Part shown: one piece after another, positions 10,046-18,046 of the stretch
Numbering within the stretch: position 1 is the stretch's first letter
How the letters are laid out: each line of letters opens with the position of its first letter
DNA from: an uncultured Candidatus Saccharibacteria bacterium
Lineage (GTDB): Bacteria > Patescibacteriota > Minisyncoccia > UBA11713 > 2-01-FULL-45-33
Assembly (NCBI GenBank): GCA_964464405.1
Contig: CAYXFX010000002.1
Coordinates: 44,027 to 108,026, forward strand
DNA: 64,000 bases
Reading direction: 5' to 3'
Notes under the pieces: generated by a model
Database searches by the model: none
Told to the model about the DNA's origin: nothing
Seen by the model: only the letters and a program-made list of their open reading frames with translations
Program-made: the position numbers and the translations under genes

Positions 10046-10901
10046 AAAGTATAATTCCAGCAGAAACTATTAGCCAAATAAAAACAGTCACGAGCAGATG
10101 CTTATCAAAAAGCAAATCGTCAGTTGGACCGTCGTCTATTGTTTCTTTTACACTGATTAAAAATAAATATCTAAATAGTCCGTAAAGAACAATTGGAATA
10201 GTGACCATGAGAAGTTTGCTATGTTCTGAACTAAATGTATAAAACGCGTAAGTTATTATAGTTGAAGGAAGAACAATCATATTCATCTGGTCAAGCAACT
10301 GTGGGGAATATTGATTTAACCCAGTGCGAGTTAAGCTGTTTTGAGGATACGCAAGCTCGTTTTTCCTTTTAGAAATTCCCAAAAAAAGCGTGAGAAAAAA
10401 AGTAGACAAAATCAGCCATTGAGAAAAAGTGACTCCGATCGCAACCGCTCCAGCAATTACGCGTATTAAAAATCCAGCAGCAACAACAATTACATCGATA
10501 ATAACCACGCGCTTTAAATAAAAAGAATAAAGAATATTCAGTAATATATAATTTGCAATAAGCATTGCAAAATATGGATTAATAAAAAGTGAATTACCCA
10601 AAGAGAGTACGATTAGAAGCGCTGCGACAAGCCAAGCGGTATTTTGACTAAGTTTGCCAGAAGCGATCGGGCGGCTCCTTTTTTTAGGATGATTTCTATC
10701 CTGTTCAAAATCAAGCAAGTCATTAACTAAATAAACGGCGCTTGCAGCCAAACAAAAAAGAATGAAAGCAAAAACAACCGTCAAAAGTTTCGAAAAATCT
10801 GTAAATTCTTTTACAAAAATTATCGCAGCAAAAAGAAAAAGATTTTTAATCCATTGCTTGGGACGCATTGAGATAAACAAATTTTTTACGATTTCCTTCA
10901 T
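10035..10901 (-). CDS. UbiA-family prenyltransferase resembling decaprenyl-phosphate phosphoribosyltransferase (DPPR synthase)
   Basis: Multi-TM, 288 aa, with the motif LVNDLLDFEQDRNHPKKRSRPIASGKLS (N/DxxD...D plus the basic patch characteristic of 5-phosphoribosyl-1-pyrophosphate:polyprenyl-P transferases). Confidence 0.75.
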   Translation of the reverse strand: MKEIVKNLFISMRPKQWIKNLFLFAAIIFVKEFTDFSKLLTVVFAFILFCLAASAVYLVNDLLDFEQDRNHPKKRSRPIASGKLSQNTAWLVAALLIVLSLGNSLFINPYFAMLIANYILLNILYSFYLKRVVIIDVIVVAAGFLIRVIAGAVAIGVTFSQWLILSTFFLTLFLGISKRKNELAYPQNSLTRTGLNQYSPQLLDQMNMIVLPSTIITYAFYTFSSEHSKLLMVTIPIVLYGLFRYLFLISVKETIDDGPTDDLLFDKHLLVTVFIWLIVSAGIILYAG

Positions 10902-10962
10902 TGTCGCAATTTATCATAAAACAAAACCCAAAATTGCGCACTATTGACAGAGTAAAGGAAAA

Positions 10963-11697
10963 CTAGCTTAACCACTTCTCAAAATCGGAAAGAAATTGGT
11001 TTACGACTTCTTCGGTTTTAAAGTGATTTATCATATCGGGAAAATATTTTGGAGGGACTGTTACAATGTGCGCCCCTGCGAGCCTTGCATCCCGCACGTC
11101 AATCACTCCTCGCATGCTTCCTGCAATAATTTCTGCCGGAATCTTGTCTTGGTCAAAAATTCTGCGAGTCGCTTGTACAACTTTATAAGGGTTGAAGTCA
11201 TTTTTATCTAGCGCGCGTCTATTTTTTGCCTCGTCCCGTTCTTTGGACATTTTTTCATCTAGGCCCCCGTCCCGAATTCTTCCCCAAAAAAGACTGACAT
11301 ATTTTGCTCCGGCACGCGCCGCCATAACTGCTTGCGTAACATTCATGCAGGCCGTGCAATTTACAGAAATTCCTGCCTTGCTTAATTTTTTTATGGTTTC
11401 TAATTCATCCCATCCGACCTGAACTTTAATGCTCATCTGAGGATAGTTAAAATGGTTCATCATGTGGTGTGCTTGTTCAATTATCGTTTTTGGATCCCTC
11501 GAAAACACTTCAACACTAAGATGAATGCCGGGCTGATACTTATTTATAAGTTCTATAATTTTGCCGATATGCTTCGCAAGTGAAGATTTCGGCTCTTTTG
11601 CTAAAAGAGAAGGATTCGTTGTAATCCCGTGCGCAAAACCGCGCCTTAACGCTTCCTCAATGTCAACTAAGTTTGCCGTATCAATAAATATTTTCAT
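10963..11697 (-). CDS. Transaldolase / fructose-6-phosphate aldolase family (TalC/Fsa-like)
   Basis: MKIFIDTANLVDIEEA...GITTNPSLL, with a Schiff-base lysine region and TIM-barrel pattern; 244 aa. Confidence 0.8.
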   Translation of the reverse strand: MKIFIDTANLVDIEEALRRGFAHGITTNPSLLAKEPKSSLAKHIGKIIELINKYQPGIHLSVEVFSRDPKTIIEQAHHMMNHFNYPQMSIKVQVGWDELETIKKLSKAGISVNCTACMNVTQAVMAARAGAKYVSLFWGRIRDGGLDEKMSKERDEAKNRRALDKNDFNPYKVVQATRRIFDQDKIPAEIIAGSMRGVIDVRDARLAGAHIVTVPPKYFPDMINHFKTEEVVNQFLSDFEKWLS

Positions 11698-11733
11698 GCA
11701 ATTTTATATTATCAAATAAATTTTAAAAGACTA

Positions 11734-12300
11734 CTAAGAAGTTTGTATAATTTTTTTTATTAATTCTGTAGCTTCCGGCAAATCAGAAACATGGTAATCT
11801 GCTTCGACGCCCAAATTTTGTTCACCATTAATCAAAATTGTGCTGACTCCCGCAGACTTTCCTGCTTCAATGTCGCTTCCGCTATCGCCCACGATAAAAG
11901 AACCTTTAAGATCGATCCCCCATTTATTTGCCGCGGAAAGCAACATTCCTGGTTTAGGTTTTTTGCAATCGCATCCGTCATTTCTTCCGTGAATACAGAC
12001 ATAAACGTCGTCGAAAGGAAGTTTTCCAATATCTTTCATTATTAAATTGTGATCTTCTTGGGAAAGAAGTCCGTATGTCAGATCCGGCTGGTTAGTTACC
12101 AAAATTTTTAGAAATCCCAGACCGCCCAATTTGCTTAATTCGTCGTTCACACCAGATTTTATTCTAAATTCCTGATAGCTCCAGGGGGCCGTCCACCTTA
12201 CTTTCTTGCCAAGAACTTCGCAATTTTCTCCGCGATCAACAACTTCATTAATTACTCCATCTCTGTCCAAAAAAACCGCTCTTTTTTTTAAAGGTAACAT
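11734..12300 (-). CDS. gmhB: D-glycero-D-manno-heptose 1,7-bisphosphate phosphatase (HAD, GmhB)
   Basis: VFLDRDGVIN motif I, the zinc-binding C-x-H-x(6)-C-x-C motif (CIHGRNDGCDCKKPKPGM), and GDSGSD motif IV. Confidence 0.8.
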   Translation of the reverse strand: MLPLKKRAVFLDRDGVINEVVDRGENCEVLGKKVRWTAPWSYQEFRIKSGVNDELSKLGGLGFLKILVTNQPDLTYGLLSQEDHNLIMKDIGKLPFDDVYVCIHGRNDGCDCKKPKPGMLLSAANKWGIDLKGSFIVGDSGSDIEAGKSAGVSTILINGEQNLGVEADYHVSDLPEATELIKKIIQTS

Positions 12301-12305
12301 GTTAC

Positions 12306-12926
12306 TTAAATTATCTGCGGCGTCTTATGAATTCCCTCCCACTTGCCTTCGATCATTTTTAATTTGGGATGAAAAACCATACTATGCCACAAAACCGCCT
12401 GCCACGACTCCGCATGCGCCGTTACATTTTCGTGGTTTACTACAGGTACCAAAATGCAGGCATCCGCGACTCGCGCTGTGTGCCCGCCGTCTCTTGAAAC
12501 AATTCCTACCACCCTTGCTCCCATTTCCTTTGCGTGGTCTAGGGCATGCACAATATTTGTGCTCACTTTTTTTTCGGCATTTCCACCGCCTACTGAAAAA
12601 ACCATGACTACATCTTTTGGACCGATATTATTTCTTTCAAGCCATCTTACAAAAACAGAATCCCACCCGTCGTCATTCACACGAGCTGTTAATTCCGCGA
12701 CGTTATCTGTCGGCGTATAAGATTCTATATGCGCGATTTTTCTAAAATCGTTTACCGCATGAGAGGCGTTCGCAGCTGACCCCCCTACGCCAACTATAAA
12801 AAGTCTGCCTTTGTTATCTCTTGCGTTCCTTAGGATATCTACCGTCTTGTGAATCGCGCTTTTATCTACCTTTTTCGTAATTTCCGCGACTTCGTTTAAG
12901 TAGTTATCTATATAGTCGTTTTCCAT
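12306..12926 (-). CDS. gmhA: Sedoheptulose-7-phosphate isomerase (SIS domain, GmhA)
   Basis: RLFIVGVGGSAANASHAVNDF SIS motif; 206 aa; immediately adjacent to gmhB. Confidence 0.85.
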   Translation of the reverse strand: MENDYIDNYLNEVAEITKKVDKSAIHKTVDILRNARDNKGRLFIVGVGGSAANASHAVNDFRKIAHIESYTPTDNVAELTARVNDDGWDSVFVRWLERNNIGPKDVVMVFSVGGGNAEKKVSTNIVHALDHAKEMGARVVGIVSRDGGHTARVADACILVPVVNHENVTAHAESWQAVLWHSMVFHPKLKMIEGKWEGIHKTPQII

Positions 12927-12959
12927 GGTTTACTTTTATATAACAGAGCGCGCTTTCAT

Positions 12960-14783
12960 CTAGTTACTCTTTACTTTATATAGATATATGTTGCCTTCGC
13001 TAGTTAAAAGAGCCAGATTTCCCAAAATTGGGCTTAAATCCCATTCGGGACTTTTATTTTTATCCCAAACAATAAAATTTACTTCATTTCGTTTTAAAAT
13101 TTCAGCCATACCATTCGGATTTGCGGCTTTTTTATAATTATCGAACAGATAGTTTATCGTTTCCTCGCGGCTTTTTACAATCTTGGGGTCTTTTAATCTT
13201 ACACGTATATTATATTGATCGAAATCGACTCCGGATCTAAAGCCAGCAATATAACTATAAATCAAAGGATAATAGCTGTTTTCACCAGTAGTTCCGACAA
13301 GGCCGAACCCCTCATCAATTTTGCGCATTTGTTCCACAAAATTATTTCTTGAGTTTCTGTCCATGTAAGCATAAAAAAAGAGTGCATCTTCTAAACGCTT
13401 GTAAGGGGTATTAAATACAAATGCATTATTGCCCCAAAATAAATCGTGGCCAGTATAAACCGAAAAGAATCTCCCGTAATAATGTTCGGAGGTTAAAACT
13501 ACGCCGGGTTTTTTTTCTTTTTTTAAATAATCAATAATTGGACGGTAATTCTGTCCGTATTCCTTTATTTCCCATGTGGCCATCATTCCCTGATACTGCT
13601 GGCGCGTAGCGGCAATAAAAGCGGCAACAATAATTATTCCTAAAATCCATTTGCCATATTTTTGCAGTAAAGCAGAAACCTGTTTTTGATAATTTGCAAA
13701 TTTCCACAAAAGATACGATCCTACAACGATTGAAGTTGGAATAGTAAAGTACCAGTAGTAGTGCATAATCTGGGGTACTTTTCCGGTAAGCACTTGTTGG
13801 TTGAGGGTTAACCAGCTTGCTAAAACTATTGATAGAAAAACCGGCCCGTATTTATTCCTCTTATTTAAAAGCAAAAAAAGTATTGATAAAAAAAGGACAG
13901 CAAAAGAAATTTTACTAAATGGCGCCGGGTTTCTATTTAACGTGATTCCGTAATACAAAATCTGCCTGCCTACTTCCGTTTTAGAAAATGTAAGAGTTTT
14001 ATAAATTGTAAATGATCCTATCATGAGCCCCGCAAAAAAAACTATAAACATCTTTTTAAAAAGTTCGTACTGTCGTAAAATTAAATACAAAAGAACTAAA
14101 CTTCCCGTAAACGCCAAAGCGAAAGTCCACGCGTATGGATAAACATAAAAAAGAACACCGAATAATACGCTGGGCAATATCCAATATTTTAATTCCGTCC
14201 TGTCTAAGCTTCTAACTAGTGCGTTAATATATAAAAACAAAATAAGAAGGCCGTAAACAGGCATAATTGGCCTGCTAAAAATATTTAGGCCTGGAACTAC
14301 GGCCGTAACAGGCGCGTGCGAAAGTTTTACCAATGTATATCCGCCCACTGTAAATAGCGCAACGGATACGGAAAGTAATTTATTTTCCGAAAAAGAATAA
14401 ATTAAAAAATAAATGGATAAAACCAAAAGAAAAACGCCCAAAAAAGAATAAAAAGTGTAAATCGAAGTAATATTTTCTTTTGCAAATTCCACAAAACCCG
14501 AAAATTTAAACGGGGACAAAAGCACATACTCCAAATAAACCTGGTGGGGATCTGAAGACGAGTCTTTGCCGATTTTTAAAAAAATATTTCCCAAAGAATT
14601 GCCTTCCAAAATCTCTCTTCCTTTAACAATATAATAAGCATCGTCCACCCATTCGCCGATATTTACGCCTCTATAAACATTTCCCGCCAAAATAGGAAAA
14701 ATCAGTGCTGGAGAAATAACAACTAACGACATAAGTATCGCCGTAACAATTGCAAAGTTATGAATTTTTAGGAAACCAAACAA
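12960..14783 (-). CDS. Large polytopic membrane protein, paralog C
   Basis: 607 aa with the same motif set as paralogs A and B (AGNVYRGVNIGEWVDDAYYIVKGREILEGNSLGN; FYVYPYAWTF; YTGHDLFW; MAEILKRNEVNFIVWDK). Confidence 0.8.
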   Translation of the reverse strand: MFGFLKIHNFAIVTAILMSLVVISPALIFPILAGNVYRGVNIGEWVDDAYYIVKGREILEGNSLGNIFLKIGKDSSSDPHQVYLEYVLLSPFKFSGFVEFAKENITSIYTFYSFLGVFLLVLSIYFLIYSFSENKLLSVSVALFTVGGYTLVKLSHAPVTAVVPGLNIFSRPIMPVYGLLILFLYINALVRSLDRTELKYWILPSVLFGVLFYVYPYAWTFALAFTGSLVLLYLILRQYELFKKMFIVFFAGLMIGSFTIYKTLTFSKTEVGRQILYYGITLNRNPAPFSKISFAVLFLSILFLLLNKRNKYGPVFLSIVLASWLTLNQQVLTGKVPQIMHYYWYFTIPTSIVVGSYLLWKFANYQKQVSALLQKYGKWILGIIIVAAFIAATRQQYQGMMATWEIKEYGQNYRPIIDYLKKEKKPGVVLTSEHYYGRFFSVYTGHDLFWGNNAFVFNTPYKRLEDALFFYAYMDRNSRNNFVEQMRKIDEGFGLVGTTGENSYYPLIYSYIAGFRSGVDFDQYNIRVRLKDPKIVKSREETINYLFDNYKKAANPNGMAEILKRNEVNFIVWDKNKSPEWDLSPILGNLALLTSEGNIYLYKVKSN

Positions 14784-14787
14784 TTAA

Positions 14788-15774
14788 TTAAAAATCGAGT
14801 TTTTTAACACGCGCTCCCTGCTCATCAATCCAAAAATTAACCTCGCGAAGCATAAATGGCCGAAGTGTAGCTCTCACAGACTCTTTTATTTGTTCGGTGG
14901 GACAGTAAAATAAGAAATATCCTCCGCCTCCAGCACCGATAATTTTTCCTCCCAATGCTCCAGCTTTTTTTGCCGCATCATAAATATCGTCAAATCTCTT
15001 ATTGGACATCTGTTGAGACATCGCCTTTTTTATCTTCCAGTGATTATCCATCAAAGATCCGAAGCGATCTAGATCCTCTTTCAAAAATGAGTCATAAACC
15101 GCAAGCCCAATTTTTTTTGTTTCATGTTTTAACTCCAAAACTTTTTCTTTGTCCTGCGCCGCAAGAATTGGACTGCTTTCGCGGCTTACTCCAGTGTAAA
15201 AAAGGAGCGAGTTTTTTAGAAATTTATCCGTCGTTTCTTTTTTTATTTCGGGTTTTGTAATTTTCACTTTTCCATCCTGCGTAATATCAAACACAGCAAA
15301 CCCCCCGACGGCGCATGCGTACGGATCCTGCTTTCCATCGGGAAGTCCTAAATTTTGAGTAATCTCAAAAGATTTTTCCGCAGCTTCTATATTGCTCATT
15401 TCGTTTCCTTTGTACGCGGAAAGCCCCTTAAGAAGCGCCACTATGCAGGCGCCAGAAGATCCCAAACCGGTGCCAGCGGGAGTATCAGCTTTAAAGGAAA
15501 TCGCCACTCCTCTCTTAATTCCAGTCATTTTTAAAGATTCGCGCGCAAGTTCATGATGAATATCGTCAATCGAAGGGACTGCTTCAAAATTTTTATAATG
15601 CACATGTATCAAGTCGTCAGAACGCGTTTGTTTAATAAGCACATCCATATACATATTAATGGCCGCGCTAAAAATAAATCCTCCGTATTTTTGATAGTAC
15701 GAAGGCATATCAGTCGAGCCGCCTCCCAACGGAATCCTAAACGGCACCCGGCTTAAAATTAGTGATGAATTCAT
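14788..15774 (-). CDS. hddA: GHMP-family sugar kinase; D-glycero-α-D-manno-heptose-7-phosphate kinase (HddA-like)
   Basis: GHMP motif DTPAGTGLGSSGACIVAL; 328 aa; lies between gmhA and the other heptose-pathway genes. Confidence 0.75.
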   Translation of the reverse strand: MNSSLILSRVPFRIPLGGGSTDMPSYYQKYGGFIFSAAINMYMDVLIKQTRSDDLIHVHYKNFEAVPSIDDIHHELARESLKMTGIKRGVAISFKADTPAGTGLGSSGACIVALLKGLSAYKGNEMSNIEAAEKSFEITQNLGLPDGKQDPYACAVGGFAVFDITQDGKVKITKPEIKKETTDKFLKNSLLFYTGVSRESSPILAAQDKEKVLELKHETKKIGLAVYDSFLKEDLDRFGSLMDNHWKIKKAMSQQMSNKRFDDIYDAAKKAGALGGKIIGAGGGGYFLFYCPTEQIKESVRATLRPFMLREVNFWIDEQGARVKKLDF

Positions 15775-15828
15775 ATTTTATATAACTATTTATTTATAAT
15801 AAATGTTTTTTGGTCAAAAACGCAAATA

Positions 15829-15856
15829 TTGACAAAACTTGGGGTGGCGCTATATT
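15829..15856 (+). promoter_or_regulatory. Sigma70-like promoter for the plus-strand Nudix gene
   Basis: TTGACA (15829-15834), a 16-nt spacer, TATATT (15851-15856), then the RBS AAGGAG at 15876-15881 and ATG at 15888. Confidence 0.5.
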
Positions 15857-15887
15857 TATGCAAGAAAAATACTTAAAGGAGTACTAA

Positions 15888-16454
15888 ATGGGCATCGCAA
15901 CCGAGCGTGAAATTGTGGTTCGTGAAGTTTTGCACGAAGACAAGTGGGTTTATGCTAAACAAGTTGATGTAAACTTGAACAATGGGAAAGAAATAAAAAA
16001 CTTTCTCATGATTGAAACGAAATCCGGTGGTTTTATATCGGTATGCGCCAGAATGGAGGATGGAAAATTCCTTTTTGTTAGGCAATGCAAGCCGGCAGCC
16101 GGGCTCAGCATAGAATCTGTTGCTGGCGGAAAAAATCCTGAAGAAACATGGCCGGAAGCGGCACTGCGCGAGATGGTTGAAGAAAGCAAACATGAACCGG
16201 GAAAAATTGTAGAAATAGGCAACCATGATATTGGAATTTTTACGCAAACTGATCGTATTATCAATCCGGTACGTCTATTTCTCGCGTTCGACTGTAAAAT
16301 GAGTGAGGAAAAATTAAAAGGAGACGAAATACAGGGAATCGAACACCTTTTTTTAACTCCCGAAGAAACGCTGGAATGTATAGCAACCGGAGAAATCAGA
16401 GATCTTCCTACAGTTACCGGAATTTTTGCTCATCTTTATTACGAAAAAAAATAG
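15888..16454 (+). CDS. NUDIX hydrolase (candidate nucleotide-sugar pyrophosphatase)
   Basis: Nudix box GGKNPEETWPEAALREMVEESK (Gx5Ex7REUxEExG). It is the only plus-strand gene in the heptose cluster and has its own promoter and terminator. Confidence 0.8.
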   Translation: MGIATEREIVVREVLHEDKWVYAKQVDVNLNNGKEIKNFLMIETKSGGFISVCARMEDGKFLFVRQCKPAAGLSIESVAGGKNPEETWPEAALREMVEESKHEPGKIVEIGNHDIGIFTQTDRIINPVRLFLAFDCKMSEEKLKGDEIQGIEHLFLTPEETLECIATGEIRDLPTVTGIFAHLYYEKK

Positions 16455-16475
16455 CCGCGTTTTGCGGCTTTTTTG
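16455..16475. terminator. Bidirectional rho-independent terminator
   Basis: Hairpin GCCGC-GTTTT-GCGGC followed by TTTTTT on the plus strand and by a T-run on the minus strand, between convergent genes. Confidence 0.6.
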
Positions 16476-17132
16476 TTAGCTAGAAAGATAATCAACTACC
16501 TCAAGATACTGTTTTTGAGTGATGGGGCTTGAAGTCTCAACTTTGATATGCGAGTATTTTTCAATTTCTGGAGGAACGGGCGGTTGCTCTTCTAAATGCT
16601 TTTTCCATTCCTCATCAGAAGAAAGTTTTACTTTATCGTGCTCCGCAGCCCTTTCAATGACTCTTTTCCTTATAATCTCGGGGTCGGCATGTGCCAAAAT
16701 TATTTTTAATTTAAAGGAACCTTCGCGCCACCACGCAAAGTCGGTAAGCTGGGGTGCTAGAACTTTTTCGATATATCCGAATCTTACTTCTTTGATATAG
16801 TTGCCTTCCAAAATCGGATGCTTTCCCATCGGCAAAAGCTGTTTTGCCATCATCAGCATCAAATGATAGCTTTGATACCGAACGTGATCTCCATAATAAG
16901 TGTTGCTTGGATCATCTCTCGGAACCAAATCCCCGATTAAATATTGTGAGTGGCCAACTCCTTGAACCTTTTTGGGTGTCCATAGTAGTGCATAATTGAT
17001 CAAATCCTTTTCAATAAAAACAGAATTTGTCAAAGCTTTTGCCAACGGGTTAAGCAACGTACTTTTCCCGCTCCCGGAAATTCCCGCTCCCAAAATCAGG
17101 GTGGGATTAGGCAAAGAAAATTTAAAGTTCAT
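16476..17132 (-). CDS. P-loop NTPase / predicted kinase (AAA_33 or zeta-toxin-like fold)
   Basis: Walker A ILGAGISGSGKSTLL; 218 aa; no other family signature recognised. Confidence 0.55.
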   Translation of the reverse strand: MNFKFSLPNPTLILGAGISGSGKSTLLNPLAKALTNSVFIEKDLINYALLWTPKKVQGVGHSQYLIGDLVPRDDPSNTYYGDHVRYQSYHLMLMMAKQLLPMGKHPILEGNYIKEVRFGYIEKVLAPQLTDFAWWREGSFKLKIILAHADPEIIRKRVIERAAEHDKVKLSSDEEWKKHLEEQPPVPPEIEKYSHIKVETSSPITQKQYLEVVDYLSS

Positions 17133-18036
17133 GCTTTCCTCCTTTGATTAATTGCATCACTTCCTGATGCAATTGTTTATTTGCAAAAACCAAATCCTTG
17201 CAATTACTTAGAGACCATTTTTCTCCGTCCAAACTTGTTACTCTCCCGCCGGCTTCCTCAACCAATAAACAGCCTGGTAAGTTGTCCCACGGCTTGTTGC
17301 CGAGCGAGATTAAAACATCAGCAGACACATTTGAATTCCCTCCAGATGCGATTTTAACAACAGCACAAGAAGAAGATAACGACTGTCTATTCCTTACGGT
17401 TTTTCCTACAACTTCCAACACAAAGTTATTCTTTCCACGTCTGCTTGCACCTTCCAACAAAACAACGGCTTCCGATATCGAAGACACAGAAGAAACATGT
17501 AATCGTTCTAACCTCTGATTGGTATATCTCCAAGTTCCTTTTTTGCTTTCTGCAAAATAAAGCCCCGAAGAAAAAATTGGGTCATACTGCAAAAGAGATG
17601 CTTCTAGCACCGCCTCACACGGAAGAAAAATTACAGAAAAAACAACATGGCCGTCTATAACTTGGGCAATCATCGTGCCAAATAAAGGCAACCCCATCAA
17701 AAAGTTGTGTGTTCCATCCAAAGGATCTATTATCCAAAATGAATCAGTGATGGGAGGCCATGAATTTTGAATTTCTTCGCTCACAATACACTCGGCATTA
17801 AATTTACTGCGAAGATAGCCAATAATTCTTTCCTGCAATTCTTTGTCCAACTCACCAACAAGTTCGTTAGCTGCTTTTTTGGTAAATTGATTAACGGAAA
17901 ACAGTCGCTTAATGTAAAGCGGGAGCAAGTCGGTAAAAAATAAATTAAAATCCAAAGTTCTGGTCAATAACGAATACTCTAAATTGTCGTGGAACATATT
18001 CATTCTGCCACTCCTTTCTGGGAAGTAGGTTAGCAC
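17122..18036 (-). CDS. Inositol-monophosphatase-family phosphatase (IMPase/CysQ/SuhB-like)
   Basis: WIIDPLDGTHNF (the DPIDGT metal-binding motif); 304 aa. Confidence 0.8.
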   Translation of the reverse strand: MLTYFPERSGRMNMFHDNLEYSLLTRTLDFNLFFTDLLPLYIKRLFSVNQFTKKAANELVGELDKELQERIIGYLRSKFNAECIVSEEIQNSWPPITDSFWIIDPLDGTHNFLMGLPLFGTMIAQVIDGHVVFSVIFLPCEAVLEASLLQYDPIFSSGLYFAESKKGTWRYTNQRLERLHVSSVSSISEAVVLLEGASRRGKNNFVLEVVGKTVRNRQSLSSSCAVVKIASGGNSNVSADVLISLGNKPWDNLPGCLLVEEAGGRVTSLDGEKWSLSNCKDLVFANKQLHQEVMQLIKGGKHEL

Positions 18037-18046
18037 AAAAGAGTTT

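Noticed and set aside
16476-18036. The P-loop protein plus the IMPase/CysQ-like protein might be an APS-kinase and PAP-phosphatase sulfation pair.
   Set aside because: The P-loop protein has a Walker A motif similar to CysC (GxSGSGKST) but lacks the LDGDN and ARDPKGLY motifs of APS kinase. The assignment is left as a generic predicted kinase.
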